DNA of 40,203 bases from Mycoplasmatales bacterium (GCA_014238525.1 JABAAY010000004.1:1-40203), one strand, 5' to 3'; positions 1 to 14,853 are shown, counted from the first letter of the stretch. Numbers and translations are program-made. Notes: generated from the sequence alone by a model not told the origin.

Positions 1-261
1 CAAAATTTCTAATTTTATCATTTCAATCATTTCAGCATTACTCTCTTCTTTTAGAGCAGCACTGCTAATTTTTATATTGTCTTCCAACTTGATAAATTCG
101 TTATATGAATCGTATATATCTTTATTTTGAGCAATTTTAATGTTCATTTCCTTGACTAACTCGTAATTCTCAAATACTTCTTTTTTAGAAAGCGATCCTT
201 GTCATTGCTCGCAATTTTCCTTGATACCATTTAGTCTAAGTCTTAAGTCTTTTGAAACCAT
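1..261 (-). CDS. prfA: Peptide chain release factor 1, N-terminal part (runs off the window edge)
   Basis: ATG at 261 gives MVSKDLRLRLNGIKENCEQW(TGA)QGSLSKKEVFENYELVKEMN...EESNAEMIEMIKLEI, a helical RF1-like N-terminus. It lies directly after tdk, matching the conserved rpmE-tdk-prfA order. No catalytic motif is visible in the window. Confidence 0.75.
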
Positions 262-268
262 ATTAAAT

Positions 269-850
269 TTATAAAACTGTGTGGCAAAAGCGACAGCGTG
301 CTTCGTATGAATCACTACCACTAATTAAAATTATTGGATCGGTAGTTTTTGCCGGCTCTCCATCGATTAATCTTTGTGTTTTGGTGGCTGGATTTCCACA
401 AATTACACAAACCGCTGATAATTTTGTTACAAATTCTGCAGATGTTAAAAGTTGGGGTATAAAAGAAAACGGTTTTCCTGTGAAATCCTGATCTAGACAC
501 CCGATAATAACTTTTTTTCCTTGATTGGCTATCTCGTTTGCTAATTCTACCAATGACTCGTCTAGAAATTGAGCCTCATCAACGACAAGTGCACTAAAAT
601 TAGGATTTTTACTTATTAATTTTCTAATGTCGCCTGAATTTTCTACAAAATTAGCATCAACAGAAGCGCCTAAATGAGTGATAATAACTGGTTTTTTACT
701 ATATCTAGTATCGATATGTGATTTTACAATTATTATGTTTTCTTTCGCATATTTAAGTGTTGTTATTCTTCGTATCAATTCTTCGGTTTTTCCTGCAAAC
801 ATACATCCGCAGATAACCTCTATTCACCCATCTCTGAATTTTTTATACAT
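269..850 (-). CDS. tdk: Thymidine kinase
   Basis: Extends through TGA to ATG 850: GWIEVICGCMFAGKTEEL P-loop, VDEAQF, zinc-binding CVIC...YEARCRFCH. Confidence 0.97.
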
Positions 851-1062
851 TATTTCTTCTTCTTTATATTGTATTTGGTGCGGAATTTCTCAACTCTTCC
901 TTTTGCTTTATCCAAGTTTAATTTATTGGTATAAAAACTATGGCAATTAGAACAGGTGTCAATTCTTATTTCTTTTTCGGTGCTTTGTGTCTTAAATTTT
1001 TTATGGCAAGTTGTACAAACAATCGTTACATCTTCCATAATTGGGTGAATATTTTTTTTCAT
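850..1062 (-). CDS. rpmE: 50S ribosomal protein L31
   Basis: MKKNIHP...CTTC...IDTCSNCHSFYT...GRVEKF; the stop overlaps the tdk ATG (TAATG). Confidence 0.96.
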   Translation of the reverse strand: MKKNIHPIMEDVTIVCTTCHKKFKTQSTEKEIRIDTCSNCHSFYTNKLNLDKAKGRVEKFRTKYNIKKKK

Positions 1063-1063
1063 A

Positions 1064-1936
1064 TTACGCTTTTCCTGTTGAACCAAATAATTTTAACTTA
1101 TTCTCAATAGCATTGTTCATTGCTATAAGACCCGGTTTCATAATGTTTCTTGGATCATATCCTTTCCCAATTTTGTATTTTTCACTTTCAAAGTAAACAA
1201 CTAGTGCGTCACAAAAAGCCTCCTGAATTTCAGTATTAACATTGATTTTAGACTCGCCGCATGAAATTGCTTTTTTTATTAAATCATCTGCAATGCCGCT
1301 TCCGCCGTGCAAAACTAGAGGTAATCCAGTGGCTTTAGAATATTCTTTCATTTCCTCAAACCCCAATTTAGCTTCGCCTTCGTAATGACCGTGCACAGAT
1401 CCAAGGGATGCAGCAAGAGCGTCAACACCAAGTGCAGCCATTCTTTTACATTCATCTAGTGATGCGTATCTAATTCCGCCAACAACGCCGTCTTCTTCTC
1501 CGCCAACGCTTCCTACTTCTGCTTCAACAGAAACACCGTGTTCCATAGCTAAAGCAACTACTTTTTTAGAAATTTCTAAATTTTCTTCAATATTTCTTTT
1601 GCTTCCGTCGAACATCACAGAACTGAAACCGCCTTTTATAGCTTCTTCTACTACTTCGTATGTTGTGCCGTGATCTAGATGTAAAATAACTGGGATGGTT
1701 ATTTTATAAAAATCTATCATTCCTAAAACCATTCCCGTGATAGCTTCGAATCCTCCCATATATTTTTTAGCTCCTTCTGAAACTCCCAAAATTATTGGCG
1801 AGTTACATTCTTGAGCGGTATTAAGTGCTGATTTTGTTCACTCTAAATTATTTATATTAATTTGAGCAACAGCGTACTTTCCTTGTCTTGCCATTGGCAA
1901 TATGTCTTTTAATGTCTTTAGTCTTTTGTTAAACAT
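1064..1936 (-). CDS. fba: Class II fructose-1,6-bisphosphate aldolase
   Basis: ATG 1936 preceded by an AAAGGAG SD; INNLEW(TGA), LHLDHG, MFDGS, GSVHG, LVLHGGSG, KINVNTE. Confidence 0.97.
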
Positions 1937-3573
1937 TGTACTCCTTTTAAGTGGTTTTGTTTTTTTACTATTTCTATTAAACCATAAAATAACGGTGATG
2001 GTGTATTAGGACGACTTTTAAATTCAGGATGAAATTGACATCCGATAAAGAAGTTGTTTTTAGGTAATTCAAGGATTTCTATCAGTTGATTCTCTGTGTT
2101 TACACCTGAGCAAACAAGTCCACTGTTTTCAAATTGTTCTCTAAAATCATTGTTAAATTCATAGCGATGTCTGTGTCTTTCGGTAATGTTATTCTTGCCA
2201 TAAATTTTAAATGCCTGTGTGTTGGACTTTATTTTACATTTAAAGTTGCCTAACCTTAATGTTCCACCATGGCCGACTTTTTTGTCATCACATTCTTCTA
2301 AAATATTAATAATGGGGTATTGTGTGTTGGCATCAAATTCAGTAGAATTGGCATTTTTTAAATTTAAAACGTTTCGGGCAAATTCTACTGCCATAAGTTG
2401 CATTCCTAAACAAATACCAAGAATAGGTATGTTGTTTTCTCGACAATGTTTTATTGTAGCAATTTTACCGTTGATTCCTCTGTCCCCGAATCCGCCGGGA
2501 ATAATTACACCATCATTTGAGGATATTATTTCACCAACGTTTTTTTCATTTATGGAGTCAGAATTAACCATTTTCAATTCTACATTTACCTCCGCTGCGA
2601 ATCCCGAATGTTTAATAGATTCACAAATAGAGAGGTAGGTGTCTGATGACTCAGTATATTTGCCGACAAGAACAATTTTTATTTTCTCTGTCTTGTCGTT
2701 ATCAATAAAAGAAATTATGTTATTAAAATCTCTAAATTCGATTATAGGCTTTGTAACTTTGAAATGATTATAAATTTTGGACATAATGTCTTGTTTTTCT
2801 AAAAATAGCGGAACATGATAAATGGACTTAGCATCCTCGCACGCGAAAACATTGTCTTTTTTAATGTTGCAGAAAAAAGCAATTTTAGAAAGTAACTCCT
2901 TTTCTATTGGAACGGAAGAACGACACATTATAAAGTTAGGGTGAACGCCTTGTTGATTTAGGGTTCTTGTAGAGTGTTGAGCAGGCTTGGTTTTTAGTTC
3001 CTTAGTTATGGGCAAATAAGGAAGAAGAACTGTGTGAATATAAAGAACTTGGGATTTATCAAGCAATAATCCTATTTCTCTTATTGCTTCGATGAAAGGA
3101 TCTAATTCTATGTCGCCTACTGTTCCACCAATCTCAACAATCATATAATCATAATCTTTTTTTTCTACAGTGCCTAGTATAGCGTTAACTATACTAGAAG
3201 TCAGGTGAGGAATAACTTGGACTGTTTGTCCTAGAAATTTACCTTGTCTTTCGTCTTCTATTAGTCTCGAATATATTTTTCCGGCAGTTATGTTTGAATG
3301 TTTATTTAATTCCACATTAGTCATTCTTTCGTAATGACCAATGTCCAAATCTGTCTCAGCACCATCGTATGTAACAAAAACTTCTCCATGTTGTGCAGGG
3401 CTAATTGTGCCTGGATCTACATTTAAATAGGGGTCGATTTTCTGTAAAAAGACTTTATTTTTAGAATTTTTAAGTAGTCGAGCTGTGCTCGCTGCTATAG
3501 TGCCTTTGCCTAAAGATGAGACAACACCCCCAGTAATAAAAATAAATTTAGTTTTATTCGTCGCTGTTTTCAT
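1918..3573 (-). CDS. pyrG: CTP synthase
   Basis: FITGGVVSSLGKG, KIDPYLNVDPGT, KTKPAQHS, GICLGMQ, ERHRHRYE, QFHPE. Confidence 0.98.
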   Translation of the reverse strand: MKTATNKTKFIFITGGVVSSLGKGTIAASTARLLKNSKNKVFLQKIDPYLNVDPGTISPAQHGEVFVTYDGAETDLDIGHYERMTNVELNKHSNITAGKIYSRLIEDERQGKFLGQTVQVIPHLTSSIVNAILGTVEKKDYDYMIVEIGGTVGDIELDPFIEAIREIGLLLDKSQVLYIHTVLLPYLPITKELKTKPAQHSTRTLNQQGVHPNFIMCRSSVPIEKELLSKIAFFCNIKKDNVFACEDAKSIYHVPLFLEKQDIMSKIYNHFKVTKPIIEFRDFNNIISFIDNDKTEKIKIVLVGKYTESSDTYLSICESIKHSGFAAEVNVELKMVNSDSINEKNVGEIISSNDGVIIPGGFGDRGINGKIATIKHCRENNIPILGICLGMQLMAVEFARNVLNLKNANSTEFDANTQYPIINILEECDDKKVGHGGTLRLGNFKCKIKSNTQAFKIYGKNNITERHRHRYEFNNDFREQFENSGLVCSGVNTENQLIEILELPKNNFFIGCQFHPEFKSRPNTPSPLFYGLIEIVKKQNHLKGVQCLTKD

Positions 3574-4081
3574 CAACATCAAGTATTATTTCTGTTGTTT
3601 CGCTTGTTTCCATTTCGCTCATGGTTTCATCTATTAAAATATCATCTAAATAAACTTCTTCATTAGCATCAGCAGCCTTATTAAGGTTTATATCCTTAAC
3701 TAAACTTTCTTCACCTAATTTTTCTGTATCTAAAGTTATAGGTAAATCACCATCATCGTTAAGCGCTTCTTCTTTTTTGTAACTATCTTCTTCGTTTATG
3801 TCTGTTTCATCATCATGAAACAAATCGCTTTCATCATAAACACTACTTACGTTGTGCTGAAATTCATCAAAAGGTTGGTTTCTCTTAATATCTCAATTAT
3901 TCCTTCCAACAGTTACAAACCTTCTATCGTTTATAAAATTAAAATAAAATTTGGTCATTTCTTCGCTTTTTTGATTATCAGTCATTTTAATGCCCTTTGT
4001 GAAGTGGTTTCAAATCTCGTAGAAATCTTGAGGACATCCTTTTTTTTCAAGATATTCGTATGCTTTTTCTAAATCTATCAT
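3554..4081 (-). CDS. rpoE: RNA polymerase delta subunit
   Basis: Code 4: [15 protein letters not shown]...FYEIWN...FYFNFINDRRFVTVGRNNWDIK followed by an acidic C-terminal tail; immediately upstream of pyrG as in Bacilli. Confidence 0.9.
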
Positions 4082-6060
4082 TATATTTTTCCTTCCAGGT
4101 AAGAAATTATTTTTTTCTTTACACTTTCTTTATCTAGTTTTAATTTTTTGATTAAGTTTTCTTCTTTTGCTGATCCGCCGAAATCATCAACACCTATAGC
4201 TAATCCGTCGCTTCCAATATACTTATGTCAACCAAAAGTTGTTGCTATTTCATAAGAAATTTTTATTGACTTAGGAGTAATAACTGACCTTTTGTATTGT
4301 TCTATTTGTTTATCAAATAATTTCATACACAGCATGCTCACGACATTTATTTCTCATTGTTTCTCTTTATGAAGTTCTTTAGCAATTTCAACAGCAGTAG
4401 ATACTTCGCTTCCTGTGGATATGATTATGGCTTGTGGTTTTTCTGAAACTTTATGAATAACATATGCTCCTCTTATTCCAACAGAGTTTTGTGGAGTTTT
4501 AGTAATTTTAACTTTTTGCCTCGATGTACCGATAAAAACAGGTTTGCTTCTTTGAAAAAATCCAAATGCCATGGCTTCTATCATTTCTCTTAGATTGGAT
4601 GGTCGAAGGAAGTACAAATTAGGCGTGGAGCGAAGCATCGCAAATTGTTCTATAGGTTGGTGAGTAGGTCCGTCGGTTCCAACCCATACAGAATCATGAG
4701 AAAAAATGTTAACAACAGGAAACTTACTTAATGCCCCCAATCTCAATGCTGGTTTTGTGTAATCCGAAAAAACCAAAAAACTACTTGTGACAGCTTTCAA
4801 AATTCTAGTTCCAACAATTCCGTTGGCAATTGCTGTCATAGCAAATTCTCGAACTCCTGCTTTTAAATAGTTGGAATTTCTGTTGGTTGGACTGTAAGGA
4901 TTGTCAGTTCCGACTATCTTAGTGCTGGATCCTAGATCAGCATTTAAAACTACAATGCCTCTTGTTCTTTCCAAGAAAAGCTTCAGAACTTGAATGGAAA
5001 TATTCCTAAGTTGGTCGTCTTTTTCTTCCATAAAGTTTTTTGGGAGAGTTTCTCTATCGACAGGAAACATTCCTTTGATATAAATTTCCATTATTTCCGG
5101 AAAAAGATTCAATAATTTCTCTGAAGTTTCTTTTCATACATTGATTATTTTTGAATTTCTTTCATCAAAGAAATTCAAAAAATCGTTTTTCAAAATTTCA
5201 TTGTTGGAAAAAGGGTCTTTTTTTATTTTATAGTGTTTTTTTGTGGCATCGGCTTGCTCATTTAGAATAGCTCCATGAGCCTTATTCGTATTTTCTACCG
5301 GTGATCCTGCTCCTATTATGCTTTTAATTTCAATAATGCTAGGTTTTTCGGATCGTTTAGCATTTTCAATAGCCTTATTTATCTCGTCAATGTTTTCGGA
5401 ATCTTTTACTAATTGGTAATGTCATTGGTTGCTTTCGAAATATTTCTTTATATCTGTATTAGTACACTCGCTTGTTTTACCGTCTAGCTGAATGTCGTTA
5501 GAATCATAAAGCAAAGTTAATTTGTCCAATTTTCATGTACCCGCAAGAGCAATGGATTCTAATGCAACTCCTTCTTGAAGATCTCCATCACCACACATTA
5601 CGTAAGTGTGATAATTAATAGGGGACTGGGATTTCTTGTTTTCGTAGTTAGCTCTTCAGTATGTTTCAGTAACAGCAGCACCAACGGACATTGCAATTCC
5701 CTGCCCTAAAGGACCTGTTGTATAATCTATTCCTTGTGTTACAGTGTTTTCGGGATGTCCAGGGGTTTTTGAATCCAATTTTCTAAATTGTTTTAAATCA
5801 TCCATTGATAAATAATCCAACATGAATAGTACAGTGTACATCATTGCTGATCCATGACCAGCACTTAAAATGAAACGATCTCTATTTATTCAGTCACGAT
5901 TTTCTGTATCTCAGCATATATGGTTTTTGAATAGCAAATACATAGCAGGCATAGCTGCTATTGCCATTCCAGAGTGTCCGATTTGGGCATTATTTACTTG
6001 ATCAATGGCAAGACCTCTCATAAAATTTATAGTTTGAATATCTTTTGTATTGCCGTCCAT
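4081..6060 (-). CDS. tkt: Transketolase (659 aa)
   Basis: One frame with TGA=Trp: [57 protein letters not shown]. The stop overlaps the rpoE ATG. Confidence 0.97.
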
Positions 6061-6102
6061 ATATACATATTACATTTATTTGTAACAAAAACCAAGCACA
6101 AA

Positions 6103-7728
6103 TTACATTACGGAAGGATGAGAAACGCTCAAAAGATTTAGAATTGTTTTCATAAAATTTTGGGTTTTTTGAACTATTTTTATTCTTAAATTTTCTATTG
6201 CTTTGTTATCGTTAAAAACACGATTAAGAGAATAGAAATTATGAAATGATTTTGCTAATTTAATGGCATATCTAACCAAAAAAACTGGATCTAACTCTTT
6301 TATGCTTTGTTCTAAAACATCCTCAAATTCTTCAAATGTTTTCAACAATTCTTTTTCGCTATCGGTAAAGTTATGTTGTTCGTGAGTTTCTATGGAAACA
6401 GGTTTTATATATTTAGCCAGTAATTGACATGATCTTGCATACACATATTGACAGTAATAAAGGAGGTTTTCTTTAGTTTGCTTTCTTGCCTCATTGATAT
6501 CTATTTCAATGCTTGTTTTTTTAGAATTATTTAACAAAAAGAAGAAGGAAGCATCTTTCCCAATTAAAGAAAACAAGTCTCTTCATCAAAAAACATTTCC
6601 CTTTCTTTTAGACATTTTAATTTTTTGATCAGCGTTTTTTAGTTTAACTAATTCCATAAGAGGAATTTGAATTTTACTCATGGGATACCCCATTGTTTCG
6701 CATAAAATTTTTAATCTTTTAACATAACCGTGATGATCAGAGCCCCAAACATTTATTAACATATCGTAATTGTGCTGAATTCGCTCGTAGTGGTAAACAG
6801 CATCCGGGAGAATGTATGTATAGGACTTATCACTTTTAACAAGAACTCTGTCTTTATCGTCTCCGTATTTTTGTGTTTGAATTCACAAAGCGTTGTCTTT
6901 TACATAAACAACTTTCTTTTCTTCTAAAATTTCCAAATATTTTTTTATCAAATACTCTTGGTTATTATAAAGATCCGATTCATTAAATCATTCGTCAAAA
7001 ACAATATCTAAAGACGAAATGTCCTCTTTAATTTCAGAAGTAAAATATTCTCGCACTTTTTTTCTTGCAATAATAAAATTATCAGATGTAAAATTATATA
7101 TTTCAAAGTCTTCCTTAGCAAAATTAGTGTTTATGTTTCTGGCCGCTTCTTCGATTTCTGTACCTTTATAAAAATCTGGATCTTCGATATCCAACGAGAA
7201 AAATAGATTCATAACGCTCTGAGTACACACGTTTATTTGGTGACCATGATTGTTGTTGTAGTAAATAGTGGAAACATTATGACCCTTGAATTTCAAAATA
7301 TTTTTTAAAACTTTTGCATATACCGCATTTCTCATATGACCTATGTGCATGTAACCGGTAGGATTAGCACATATAGATTCAATATTTATGTTTTGAGGTT
7401 CCTTTGCACGAGAAACTAAGTGGTGATTTTTGTCAAGAATGTTTTGGTACATTTGATTGGACAAAAAAACGTTAAAAAAACCATTTTTAGCCACATTTAT
7501 TGTCATTCCTGTATCTTTTGTTATTGATTTTTTAATTTTTTCAGCAATTGCTACTGGGCTTTGTCGCAGTTTCTTAGATAATAGAAAGGGGAAATTAGAA
7601 TAATAATCACACACAGAAGGGTGTTTGCCTTTTAAAACTTGTGCATTGAAGTCAATGTCAAAATCCGCTTTCACCTGTTTACTTAAAATTTGAGAAATGT
7701 ACTCAGCAATGTTCACTGTTTTATCCAT
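6103..7728 (-). CDS. argS: Arginyl-tRNA synthetase
   Basis: ANPTGYMHIGH, GDDKDRVLVKSD, WGSDHHGY, KMSKRKGN, YCQYVYAR, C-terminal M; fragments are in frame across TGA. Confidence 0.96.
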
Positions 7729-8901
7729 AAAAAATATAAGTTATTTTCTGTTCTGTTTTTCCCAAATCTTTAAGTAGTGGGGATATCTTATCAATTATTT
7801 GATAAGTGCTGTCGTAGTTTTTTATATAAATATTTTGTTCAGTAATGTTTCCTATTGATTTGTAAGCAATATTTCTAGATGAAAAGTAGTGAAAATAATA
7901 ATCTGGGTCAAGTCCTTGAGAAATTACGCTTTTTTTTATATTTTCTCTTTCCTGAATAGTTGTTTTTCTTGAATAGTTGAATAGTCTTGCCGTAGATACT
8001 TTGTAAACCAAATCGCTCAATATATTGTCATTTTCTTTTTCTAAGTTAAAAATACTGGACATAAAATTAAAATCATTTAACTGTGTGTACTCTTCAACCG
8101 TAAAGTCTCTTTCTCTTAAAATTGGCAGTAATAGTGTTATGTCGGATGAAAAAGAAAAGTTCTCTTTGTAAAGTGCTCTTGCTCTCTTAATTATTTTTCA
8201 AATCATAATTTCAAAACCCACACTTTTTGGATGGAGAACAACTTGTTTGTACAAATACATTCTTCCAAGCAAATATTTTTCTAAAACGTGCGTGCATCCA
8301 ATGCCAAATCCCATTATTCTTTTTTTTCCTTTTTCAAAAAAGGATAACGACTTTAACATTAATTCTAAATCAAAAACACTATAGGAAACGCCTGAAAAAT
8401 GTCCATCCCTTAGTAAGTAGTCCATCCTGTCTGCATCTATCTGTGAAGAGACGATTTGATTAACTGAATTATTAGAATATTCTTTTCTTAAGACTTTCGC
8501 AATATCATCAGGTAATCTTTTGTCGATTTTTTTTAAAATCTGAAAAAGTTCTGTACGGTTGGAATTAATGATTTGAATTCCGTATTCCTCGTGTGATGTT
8601 TTTGTAAACATCTCAAATGTATGAGACAAAGGCCCGTGACCAACATCATGTAATAGGGCAGCCACTTGAACCAATAATCTTTCATATTCAGAGAATTCTG
8701 AATAGTGATTCTCTGTAATGCGTCTAGCAATTTCATATGTTCCCAAACAATGTAAAAATCTTGAATGTGTGCTTCCTGGATAAGCGTACCTGACACTGTA
8801 CGATTGGCTAATGTTCATTAATCGCTGAAACTCTTTTGTTTTCAATATATTGTAAACATCAGGATTTTTAAAAGTTATAAACTGATGAATTGGGTCTCTT
8901 A

Positions 8902-8917
<16 letters not shown>
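7721..8917 (-). CDS. HD-domain phosphohydrolase (YwfO / dNTP triphosphohydrolase-like)
   Basis: RDPIH, EFQRL, HSRFLHCLG, LLHDVGHGPLSHTFE, DADRMDYLLRD; 398 aa with TGA=Trp. Confidence 0.9.
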
Positions 8918-10799
<1,882 letters not shown>

Positions 10800-10819
10800 G
10801 TTAAGGGCCTTAAAACCTA

Positions 10820-11908
10820 TTATATATTAAACTTAAAAAAACAAACATCGCCATCCTTCATTAAGTATTTTTTACCTTCAGTTTTTATTAATCCTTTGTT
10901 TTTTAAGTTTTGAATTGTGCTTCACACTTTCAAATCATTGTATTTATATATTTCTGCCTTGATAAATCCTTTTGCAAAATCTGTATGTATTACTCCAGCG
11001 CACTCCTGTGCTGTCATTCCATCAACATACACTCATGCCCTAGTCTCTTGTTCACCGGCTGTGAAAAATGTTTTTTGATGTAAGGTTCCATAACACTGTC
11101 GCACAATCTTATCTAGCCCGCTCATTTTCAATCCTAGTTCATCTATGAATTCTTGTCTTTCTTCTTTTGCAAGTTTCGAAATTTCCAATTCTAATTTTGC
11201 GCTTATTGTGATAACTTCTGTGCCGACTTTCTCAATAAGTTTTTTATAGTGTTCGTTTTCAAGGGGATTTAGTATTTTATCTTCTTCTACATTAGCAACA
11301 TATAACATATGTTTTATTGTTAGAAAATTTCACTCTTTTAAAATTTCCTCGTCTTCTGATCTAAAAGAAACTTCATTTAGCATTTGGTTTTTGTTTAAGT
11401 GTTCAATTACATTTTCCAGTAACTGTTTTCTTGAAACCAGGCTTTTATCGTGATTAGAATTTTTAGAGATTTTTTTCAATATGTTTATGGCTTGTTCCAA
11501 GTCTGCATAAATAAGTTCCAGGTTAACACTTTCCAAATCATCTATTGGATCAATTCTGTCGTGTACGTGAATTATGTTTCTATCTTCAAAACACCTAACT
11601 ACATGACAAATCATATCAACATTTCTAATATTTCCTAAAAACTGATTTCCCAACCCCTCGCCCTTGCTTGCTCCTTTAATTAATCCAGCAATATCAACAA
11701 TTCTTAAATTAGCTTCAATAACTTTTTTGCTAGAAAATACCTTGCTAAGAAAATTTAATCTTTCATCATAAACTTTAGCAATACCTACGTTTGCATCGAT
11801 TGTCACAAACGGGTAGTTTGCTATTTCTGTCTGAATAGCAGTAATTGCACTAAATAATGTTGATTTTCCAACATTAGGTAATCCTACTATTCCAACTTTT
11901 GAAGACAT
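10820..11908 (-). CDS. ychF: Redox-regulated ATPase YchF
   Basis: GIVGLPNVGKSTLF, ANYPF, DIAGLIKGASKGEGLGNQFL, TFFTAG, AGVIHTDF; 362 aa in frame. Confidence 0.98.
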
Positions 11909-11946
11909 GATTAATATATTCTACTTGTTTTGTATAAAATAAATAT

Positions 11947-13176
11947 ATGAACAAAAAAAATAAAATCATAACGACGGCGCTGGGAGCAGGTGTGTTGGGA
12001 AGTGGAATTGCATTAACCGCAATTGCACAGGCATGTACTGATGATTCCCCAGCGATTGATCCACAACAAGAAGAAGCAATAAACACAATAACCACTGAAT
12101 TGAATGCGGTAACTTCCTACAGAGAAGGGGATATTCCTGATGGTATTTTGTGAGAACTACTTAGACTAGCTATAAACGATAGTGATTCTGCAGCAGTGAA
12201 TGTACTAGAGTGAAATTTTAGTACGATTTCTGCTGAAGATATTTCTGTTTCCGGATATGACTATACAGTTCAATTAAATAATTTCCAGGGACTTTTTAAT
12301 GATGGACAAGTTGTCATGCAGGCGACGCCTTCGACTTCTGTCTCGTGAGTGTTGAGAAACAGAAATGTAAATGATAGCATTGGACAATTAGCTTTGAGAA
12401 CGGTTTCTCTAGATGATATTTCTGCCTCAAGACAGAATGATCAAACAATTATTGCGGAAGTTAACACTTTATCTAATTATAATGTCAGTACTTCTCAACC
12501 TTCAGGCCTTGCCTTAGAGTTGTTAACAGCCATTGAATCAAATATCACAGGTAGTTATCCGTTTGGTGCCCTTACTTTGTCAACACTAACTTTTAGTGAA
12601 TTAAATTCCTCAAGAGTTTTTCCGTTTAATACTAGCGGAGAAAACAATATTTATTCGATAAATATCGACATTGCTTCAGGAGTTGCTGCTTCTGGAACTG
12701 AAACAATATCCGTTGCAGGCAGTATGATTATTGCTGTTGAGGTAAGTAACATCAATAATTTTGCAATTAGTGCAACAACAGGCGTTACAGGCGTAACGCT
12801 TGGTGACGAGGCTTTGCGTGATACTATTCGTACAGCGGTAAATCAATTTTCCAATTACGATTCAATGGTTGGTGTAACCGATGCTTTAGCCTTGGCAATT
12901 CTTCCTGTCCTTAATTCCACAATACAAACTGTGTATGGAGAGCCTTCTGCAACTTTACTTACTTTAAATTTCAATATGGTCACATCCACCGACACATTAA
13001 TATCCCCTAGCAGCACTAACTATAATATTGGGTTTATTTCCATTACAAGTGCGACGATTAGCACTGATTCGGGTCCCTTTACTATTAATGATATTAATTT
13101 CAGAATCACAATCGGCGCTAATAGTGATTTTACACTTGATGATCAGAATATCGCAGTTATAATACCTACCGTTTAG
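11947..13176 (+). CDS. Lipoprotein of the AQxC family, 409 aa, three ~120-aa repeats
   Basis: Basic N-region, Gly/Ala-rich H-region, AIAQA-C30; joins two track ORFs via three TGA codons; S/T/N/I-rich. Confidence 0.85.
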
Positions 13177-14081
13177 TCAATTAAAAAACCCAAAAGTTCA
13201 AGAATTCTATTTAAGTCGTTGTTACTTTTGTATTTAATTTGAATTTTATTATTTCCAATATCTATTTTGGTTTGTAATTTTGCTCTGATGAAATTTTCTA
13301 TTTCTAGAATTTCTATGGATTTATTGGATTTTAGCTTCTTATGTCGGTATTTTTGTAAACCGTGTCCTCTAACAATATCTTCTACCTGTCTTACGGACAA
13401 TTTTTCACGCATGATTCTTTCAGCAATACCTAAGATTATTTTTTCATCGTCTATTGTAATAAGGGGTTTAACATGACCCATGCTTACCTGGTTGTGCAAA
13501 ACCATTTGCTGAATAGAATAAGGAAGTTTTAACATTCTTATTGTATTAGCAATGTAACTTCGTGATTTTCCTAAATGTTGTGACAGCTGCTCTTGTGTGA
13601 AACTACGATCATTCAATATTTTTTCGTATGCTCTACCTTCTTCAAGTGGATTTAAATTTTCACGATGAATATTTTCGATTAATGCAATATCTTGCATTTG
13701 AATGTCGGTGGCGTTAATAACAATTCCCTTTATAAAGGGCTTGTTGAGGATATCCTTAACTGCTTTTAAGCGTCGTTCACCGGCAATAACATAATACTGA
13801 TCCTCAGATGCTTGTTTTAAAATAATTGGACTTAATAACCCTTGCTTTTCAATTGAATGTGCCAACTCTCTTAAACCATCTTGATTAAAAACTAATCTAG
13901 GTTGAAAAGGATTGGATAATATAGAATTGGTTGGAAACTCGTCTGCTTGTCTTATTATTTCTTCATCTTGCTCAATACTATCTATTTGTTTAAGAATGTC
14001 ATCGTCTCCTTCCATTTGTTCAGAGGCACGAAATAAATCTTTTAATCCCCTACTTAATCCTGATTTTTTTGAGTATTTCAA
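13173..14081 (-). CDS. parB: ParB/Spo0J chromosome partitioning protein
   Basis: GLSRGL, NPFQPR, IAGERR, ALIENIHRENLNPLEE, HTH TQEQLSQHLGKSRSYIANTIR. Confidence 0.96.
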   Translation of the reverse strand: MKYSKKSGLSRGLKDLFRASEQMEGDDDILKQIDSIEQDEEIIRQADEFPTNSILSNPFQPRLVFNQDGLRELAHSIEKQGLLSPIILKQASEDQYYVIAGERRLKAVKDILNKPFIKGIVINATDIQMQDIALIENIHRENLNPLEEGRAYEKILNDRSFTQEQLSQHLGKSRSYIANTIRMLKLPYSIQQMVLHNQVSMGHVKPLITIDDEKIILGIAERIMREKLSVRQVEDIVRGHGLQKYRHKKLKSNKSIEILEIENFIRAKLQTKIDIGNNKIQIKYKSNNDLNRILELLGFLID

Positions 14082-14082
14082 T

Positions 14083-14847
14083 TTATTTACCTATTACCTC
14101 TCCAACAAAGGCAGAGTATGCCTTTGCTCCTGCAGATTTTTGATTGTAATCATAAATTGATAATCCAGCAGATTGTGATTCACTAATTTTTACGTTTCGT
14201 GGAATGTAAGTTTTATAGACCTTTTCTCCAAAATATTTTCTTACTTCGTATGCTATTTCTGTTGATAAATTTGTTCGCATATCAAACATGGTTAATAAAA
14301 TCCCTTCGATTTTAATTTTTGGATTATAAAGTTTTTTGATAAATTTTATTGTTGACAATAACTGTGTTAGCCCCTCAAGTGCATAGTACTCTGTTTGAAT
14401 AGGTATGATGACTCCATTTGTAGCAGCAATACCATTCCGATTTAGTAAACCTAAACTTGGGGGACAATCAATAATTATGTAGTCGTAAAGATGTTCAATT
14501 GTTTTAAATTTAGGTTCTAAAATATTTTCACGAAGCCTATTGTGTTCAACTATATAAACATCTGCTGCCGCTAAGTCAATGGTTGCCGGAGCAAGATCAA
14601 CATTAGGAACAATATTTTTGATTAAGATGTCCTCTATTGTGGTTGCTTTTTCCACAACCAAGTGAAATACACTCTTCTCTACAGAATGTTTTGATATACC
14701 AAATCCTGTTGTAAGGTTACCTTGTGGATCTAAGTCAATGACAAGGCATTTAAAACCTCTTTTACCTAATCCGGCGCTTAGATTAATTGCGGTTGTAGTT
14801 TTTCCGACTCCGCCTTTTTGATTAGTTATTGATATTTTTTTAGCCAC
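14083..14847 (-). CDS. parA: ParA/Soj ATPase
   Basis: NQKGGVGKTTT, DLDPQGN, IDCPPSLG, EYYALEG, IPRNV; GTG start. Confidence 0.97.
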   Translation of the reverse strand: MAKKISITNQKGGVGKTTTAINLSAGLGKRGFKCLVIDLDPQGNLTTGFGISKHSVEKSVFHLVVEKATTIEDILIKNIVPNVDLAPATIDLAAADVYIVEHNRLRENILEPKFKTIEHLYDYIIIDCPPSLGLLNRNGIAATNGVIIPIQTEYYALEGLTQLLSTIKFIKKLYNPKIKIEGILLTMFDMRTNLSTEIAYEVRKYFGEKVYKTYIPRNVKISESQSAGLSIYDYNQKSAGAKAYSAFVGEVIGK

Positions 14848-14853
14848 GGTTAA

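Noticed and set aside
10801-10813. Palindrome TTAAGGGCCTTAA between ychF and ispF
   Set aside because: Only 6-bp arms with a 1-nt centre; it cannot form a hairpin, is AT-rich and is plausibly chance.
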